Positions 48,625 through 52,099 of a stretch of 52,099 bases of DNA are shown here, piece after piece. The notes below the pieces were generated by a model. It saw only the letters and a list, made by a program, of their open reading frames with translations, had not been told where the DNA came from and ran no database searches. The position numbers were made by a program, and so were the translations under genes. The stretch is from a bacterium (GTDB taxonomy: Bacteria > Bacteroidota > Ignavibacteria > Kapaibacteriales > Kapaibacteriaceae): the NCBI GenBank assembly GCA_024711065.1, contig JANJTN010000146.1, forward strand, positions 1 to 52,099. The letters run 5' to 3'. The stretch's first letter is position 1. Each line of letters begins with the position of its first letter.

Positions 48625-50171
48625 CAGATCGGCTTCTTGCTGACGGATTTGGCTTGCAGGAAGAGCAACAGATAGTCGCGCCCACCGGCCTTGGAGTCCG
48701 TCCCGCTCATATTGAAGCCACCGAACGGATTACCACCCACCAGGGCTCCGGTACACTTGCGGTTCAGGTACAGGTTGCCCACATGGAACTCCTGGCGAGC
48801 GCGCTCGAGCTTCTTGGCATTGCGGGAGTATACCGCACCGGTAAGACCGTAGATGGTGTTGTTGGCGATCTTCAGAGCATCGTCGAAGTCTTTGGCTTTG
48901 CATACGGCCAGGATCGGCCCGAAGACCTCTTCCTGCATGATGCGCGATGTAGGCTTGACACCTACCACTACCGTTGGCTGAAGGTAGTATCCTTTACTGC
49001 CGCGGACCTTGCCGCCGCCACAAATGATGCGACCTTCTTTCTTGGCGATCCGCATGTAGTTCAGGATGCTCTTCTCGGCACCTTCGTTCACCACCGGACC
49101 GAAATAGGCGTTGTCGGCAGGATCGCCAATGGACAAGGCATCCACTGCCACCTTGAGCTTGGCCACGAACTCGTCGTACACCTTGGCATCCACGATGGCA
49201 CGTGAACAGGCCGAACACTTTTGTCCCTGAAAGCCATACGCTGCAGCAACCACGCCTTGCACAGCGTCGTCGATGTTCGCCTCACTATCCACCACGATGC
49301 CGTCCTTGCCGCCCATCTCGGCCACCACCCGCTTGATCCAGATCTGTCCCGGATTGGTCTTGGCCGCACGTTCATTGATGCGCAGGCCTACTTCCATCGA
49401 ACCCGTGAACGAAATGAACCGCGTGTCCGGATGATCCACCAGGTAGTCCCCCGCCTCGGCACCGCTGGCCACCAGGTAATTGATCACGCCATTGGGTAGG
49501 CCGGCTTCCTTCATGATCTCCATGAAGATCTGGCCCATCATCGGCGAGTCGCTCGACGGTTTCAGCACCACGGTATTTCCGCACACCACGGCAGCCGTGG
49601 TCATCCCGGCCAGAATGGCAAAGGGGAAGTTCCACGGTGGGATCACCACGCCCACACCAAGTGGGATGTAGAACATCTCGTTCTTCTCGCCCGGGAGCGG
49701 CGTGATCGGCTGCTCGCCACCGTAGCGCAGCGCTTCGCGTCCGTAAAACTCCAGGAAGTCGATCGCTTCACACGTATCGGCGTCGGCTTCGAGATAGTTC
49801 TTGCCCACCTCGCTGATCATCCAGGCATTGATCTCCAGCCGACGGCGGCGCATGATCTTGGCGGCACGGAACAACAGATCGGCCCGGTTCTTCCAGGACT
49901 CGTTCTTCCAGGTCTCGAACGCCTTCTTGGCGGCCTTCATCGCTTTCTCGGCATCGTCGCGTCCGGACTTCTGGAACACCCCGATGATCTCTTCGGGGTT
50001 GGCCGGATTGCGGCTGAAGGTCTTCTTCTCCGTGACCACGCGCTTGCCGTTGATCACATTCGGATACTCCTTGCCGAAGCGCTTGCGGACGTCGTCAATG
50101 GCCGCGCGCTGCTTGGCAGCGATCGCCGGTTTGGTGAAATCGAGATACACTTCATTCGCGAAGGTCTTCAT
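48624..50171 (-). CDS. pruA: L-glutamate gamma-semialdehyde (1-pyrroline-5-carboxylate) dehydrogenase
   Basis: ATG at 50171 (MKTFANEVYLDFTKP). Aldehyde dehydrogenase motifs VVAEMGGKD and FGFQGQKCSACSR. Confidence 0.9.
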   Translation of the reverse strand: MKTFANEVYLDFTKPAIAAKQRAAIDDVRKRFGKEYPNVINGKRVVTEKKTFSRNPANPEEIIGVFQKSGRDDAEKAMKAAKKAFETWKNESWKNRADLLFRAAKIMRRRRLEINAWMISEVGKNYLEADADTCEAIDFLEFYGREALRYGGEQPITPLPGEKNEMFYIPLGVGVVIPPWNFPFAILAGMTTAAVVCGNTVVLKPSSDSPMMGQIFMEIMKEAGLPNGVINYLVASGAEAGDYLVDHPDTRFISFTGSMEVGLRINERAAKTNPGQIWIKRVVAEMGGKDGIVVDSEANIDDAVQGVVAAAYGFQGQKCSACSRAIVDAKVYDEFVAKLKVAVDALSIGDPADNAYFGPVVNEGAEKSILNYMRIAKKEGRIICGGGKVRGSKGYYLQPTVVVGVKPTSRIMQEEVFGPILAVCKAKDFDDALKIANNTIYGLTGAVYSRNAKKLERARQEFHVGNLYLNRKCTGALVGGNPFGGFNMSGTDSKAGGRDYLLLFLQAKSVSKKPI

Positions 50172-50278
50172 CCTGGTAACTCCGATCGGTGACACGGTAA
50201 GGGGCTTGTTGTTCGTCTCTGAACGCGCAAATTACGGCGCAATTCCGAACCACTCCGACCACAGCCCCCTATCTACCT

Positions 50279-50932
50279 ATGGTTGAGTCCTTTGTCGAAC
50301 TGATGCAGCAGCTACCCGTATGGGCGATCCTGCTCAGCACTTTTGTGGTGGCCTACATCGAGAATCTGTTCCCACCATCGCCGAGTGATCTGCTGATCGC
50401 CTTTATCGGAACGCTCGTTGGGATCGGCACGGTAGGGATGACCACCACGCTGCTGGTGGCCACGGCCGGATCTGTTACGGGCTTTGCTTCGGCGTATTGG
50501 ATCGGGCGCCGGTACGGCCGGGCCCTGTTGGAAAGCCGGTGGGTACCGTTCGTGACGGCATCGATGATCGACCGCGTGAACGTATGGTTCGATCGCTACC
50601 ACGGACTGATCATCGTGGGCAACCGGTTCCTGGCCGGTACGCGAGCGGTGATCGCCTTTGCTGCCGGGATCGCCCGCCTGCCGTTCCCCCGCACCGTGAT
50701 CTATTGCGCCGTCAGTGCACTGGCCTGGAACTTCGTACTGCTCTTCGTTGGCACACAGCTCGGCTCGCGGTGGCAGGAGATCGATCAGTTCCTATCGATC
50801 TATGGTTGGGTAGTGGTAGGCCTTCTGGCCGGGCTGGTAGCCGTGCTCCTGGTCCGCACATGGAAACGGCGATCCCAGGGGACCGCCGTTCATGATATTG
50901 ACCACATTGATGATGTCGACGACATCGAGTAA
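50279..50932 (+). CDS. DedA/VTT-domain membrane protein
   Basis: 217 aa. ENLFPPSPSDLL and FLAGTRAVIAFAAG motifs are typical of the DedA family. Confidence 0.8.
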   Translation: MVESFVELMQQLPVWAILLSTFVVAYIENLFPPSPSDLLIAFIGTLVGIGTVGMTTTLLVATAGSVTGFASAYWIGRRYGRALLESRWVPFVTASMIDRVNVWFDRYHGLIIVGNRFLAGTRAVIAFAAGIARLPFPRTVIYCAVSALAWNFVLLFVGTQLGSRWQEIDQFLSIYGWVVVGLLAGLVAVLLVRTWKRRSQGTAVHDIDHIDDVDDIE

Positions 50933-50937
50933 GGGGC

Positions 50938-52008
50938 TTACTGCTCCACTCCCCAGTCCACGATCAGCGAGAATCGCAGCGTGTTCGCCAGCGGATGGTT
51001 GTCTTCCACCGTGAGGATGTAGGAGAAGTCCAGCACGAAGACATCGTAGGTTACGCCGGCACCCAGCGTGAAGAAGTTCCGAGCGCCGGCCGCCTTGGGC
51101 TCGCTAAAGTAGCCGCCGCGGAGTGCCACCGCCTGGTCATAGATGTACTCGAGTCCGATGCCGGTCTCGATACCGCCCACGCCCCACGCGGAGACAAAGG
51201 ACTTCGGAATAGCATCGGAGCCTAGCGAGTCCCGGCGAACCAGGAGCTTCGCAAAATCGGCAGAGATCAGCAGGTCGTTGAATTCATCTTCGACCAGCTT
51301 GAAGCCGATCCCCATGCGGAGCGACGTTGGCAGCGGATCCGACTCGTTCAGGTAGGTCATCTTCGGACCAACGTTCTGCAGGTTCACACCAAGAGCGAGA
51401 ACGTTGTCCAGGTCGGCACCCAGGATATTCAGCTTGGTCGGCTTCCACTGGAAACCAATGTCGAAGGCCGCCGACACACCGGTACCGGCACTCGCCTGCT
51501 GTCCGCCCGCCGGAGCCAGGTTCGACTGGATATACTTGATCTGCACACCGGCGGTCACATCCTTCCCGATCTGGGTTCCGTAGGACACGCCGATCGAGAA
51601 CTCGTTCGAACGGAACTTGCCCAGCTCCGTGCCGTCGTCGGCCGTTCGCGTGAACTCGCCCAGGTTCATGAAGATGAAGGTGCCGGCGATCGTTCCGTCG
51701 AGCGCTTCGACGTACTGACCATAGGTTCCGTAGGAGTAGAACAGATCCGCATTGAATTGCGGCAACCACTTGGAGAAGCTCAGTGCGATCTGACGAGTGT
51801 TCGTTTGAAATCCGAGGCCTGCCGGATTCCAGAACACGGCATTGATGTCGTCGGCGATGGCCGTTCCGACTTCGCCCATGCCGCTGGCGCGGGCATCCGG
51901 GGCAATGAGCAGGAACGGTACGGCGGCGCCGCCGGCCTGACCATAGCTGGTTACGGCAAGCGTACACATCAGTGTGAGGATCGCTCCGCTGGTGCGGATC
52001 ATCGACAT
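50938..52008 (-). CDS. PorV/PorQ-family T9SS outer-membrane beta-barrel protein
   Basis: Signal peptide, then FLLIAPDARASGMGEVGTAIADDINAVFWNPAGL, the characteristic N-terminal motif of the PorV/PorQ family. Beta-strand-rich remainder. Confidence 0.8.
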   Translation of the reverse strand: MSMIRTSGAILTLMCTLAVTSYGQAGGAAVPFLLIAPDARASGMGEVGTAIADDINAVFWNPAGLGFQTNTRQIALSFSKWLPQFNADLFYSYGTYGQYVEALDGTIAGTFIFMNLGEFTRTADDGTELGKFRSNEFSIGVSYGTQIGKDVTAGVQIKYIQSNLAPAGGQQASAGTGVSAAFDIGFQWKPTKLNILGADLDNVLALGVNLQNVGPKMTYLNESDPLPTSLRMGIGFKLVEDEFNDLLISADFAKLLVRRDSLGSDAIPKSFVSAWGVGGIETGIGLEYIYDQAVALRGGYFSEPKAAGARNFFTLGAGVTYDVFVLDFSYILTVEDNHPLANTLRFSLIVDWGVEQ

Positions 52009-52099
52009 ACGGTTGCTTCCTGGTTTAGGGTGAGAAAGTCAAAGTTAGCGAATGAGGGCAAGTTTCCCTCTGACGTCGTAGGTAGCTCCGGCAGCGTCC

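Overview
Dense, high-GC bacterial chromosomal segment. Hand counts of single 60-nt lines give about 62-67% G+C outside one island. I call about 43 CDS and one tRNA. A PorV/PorQ-type outer-membrane protein and several proteins ending in type IX secretion (T9SS) C-terminal sorting domains point to an FCB-group organism (Bacteroidota/Rhodothermota/Ignavibacteriota/Chlorobiota-like). I cannot name the species. All family calls come from motif recognition by eye; no database search was run.

Content:
- Regulation and RNA: an RsbU/RsbV/RsbW-type partner-switching module and tRNA-Thr(CGU) with an intrinsic terminator.
- Housekeeping: queA, uvrB, glyA, tsaD, cinA, rplS, an EF-G paralog, P5C dehydrogenase, msrB, an M32 carboxypeptidase and a UvrD-like helicase.
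- Envelope and polysaccharide genes: two GT4 glycosyltransferases, a Wzz-like and a Wzy/O-antigen-ligase-like protein, PBP2, an ArnT-like glycosyltransferase, a GmhB-like phosphatase, a polyprenyl-P sugar transferase and an FkbM methyltransferase.
- Efflux: a tolC-tetR-MFP-RND operon.

Most unusual observations:
1. A roughly 3.8-kb island of about 45-52% G+C at 16.2-20.0 kb. It is bracketed by a 19/22 imperfect inverted repeat and preceded by a C15 homopolymer. It encodes a 22-Cys secreted protein, a cargo-less T9SS sorting-domain protein and a large Asp-box protein.
2. Short-period (7-8 nt) tandem repeat arrays filling four intergenic spacers. One of them forms the whole leader up to the glyA ATG.
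3. PBP2 translationally coupled to Wzz-like and Wzy-like genes rather than to rodA.
4. An alpha/beta-hydrolase with a large unassigned C-terminal domain.

I see no CRISPR array, integrase, transposase, restriction-modification, toxin-antitoxin or other recognisable defence system. The island is my best candidate for something undescribed, but that remains an inference. Many long ORFs in the supplied track are codon-aligned antisense shadows of real genes, which is typical of a GC3-rich genome.
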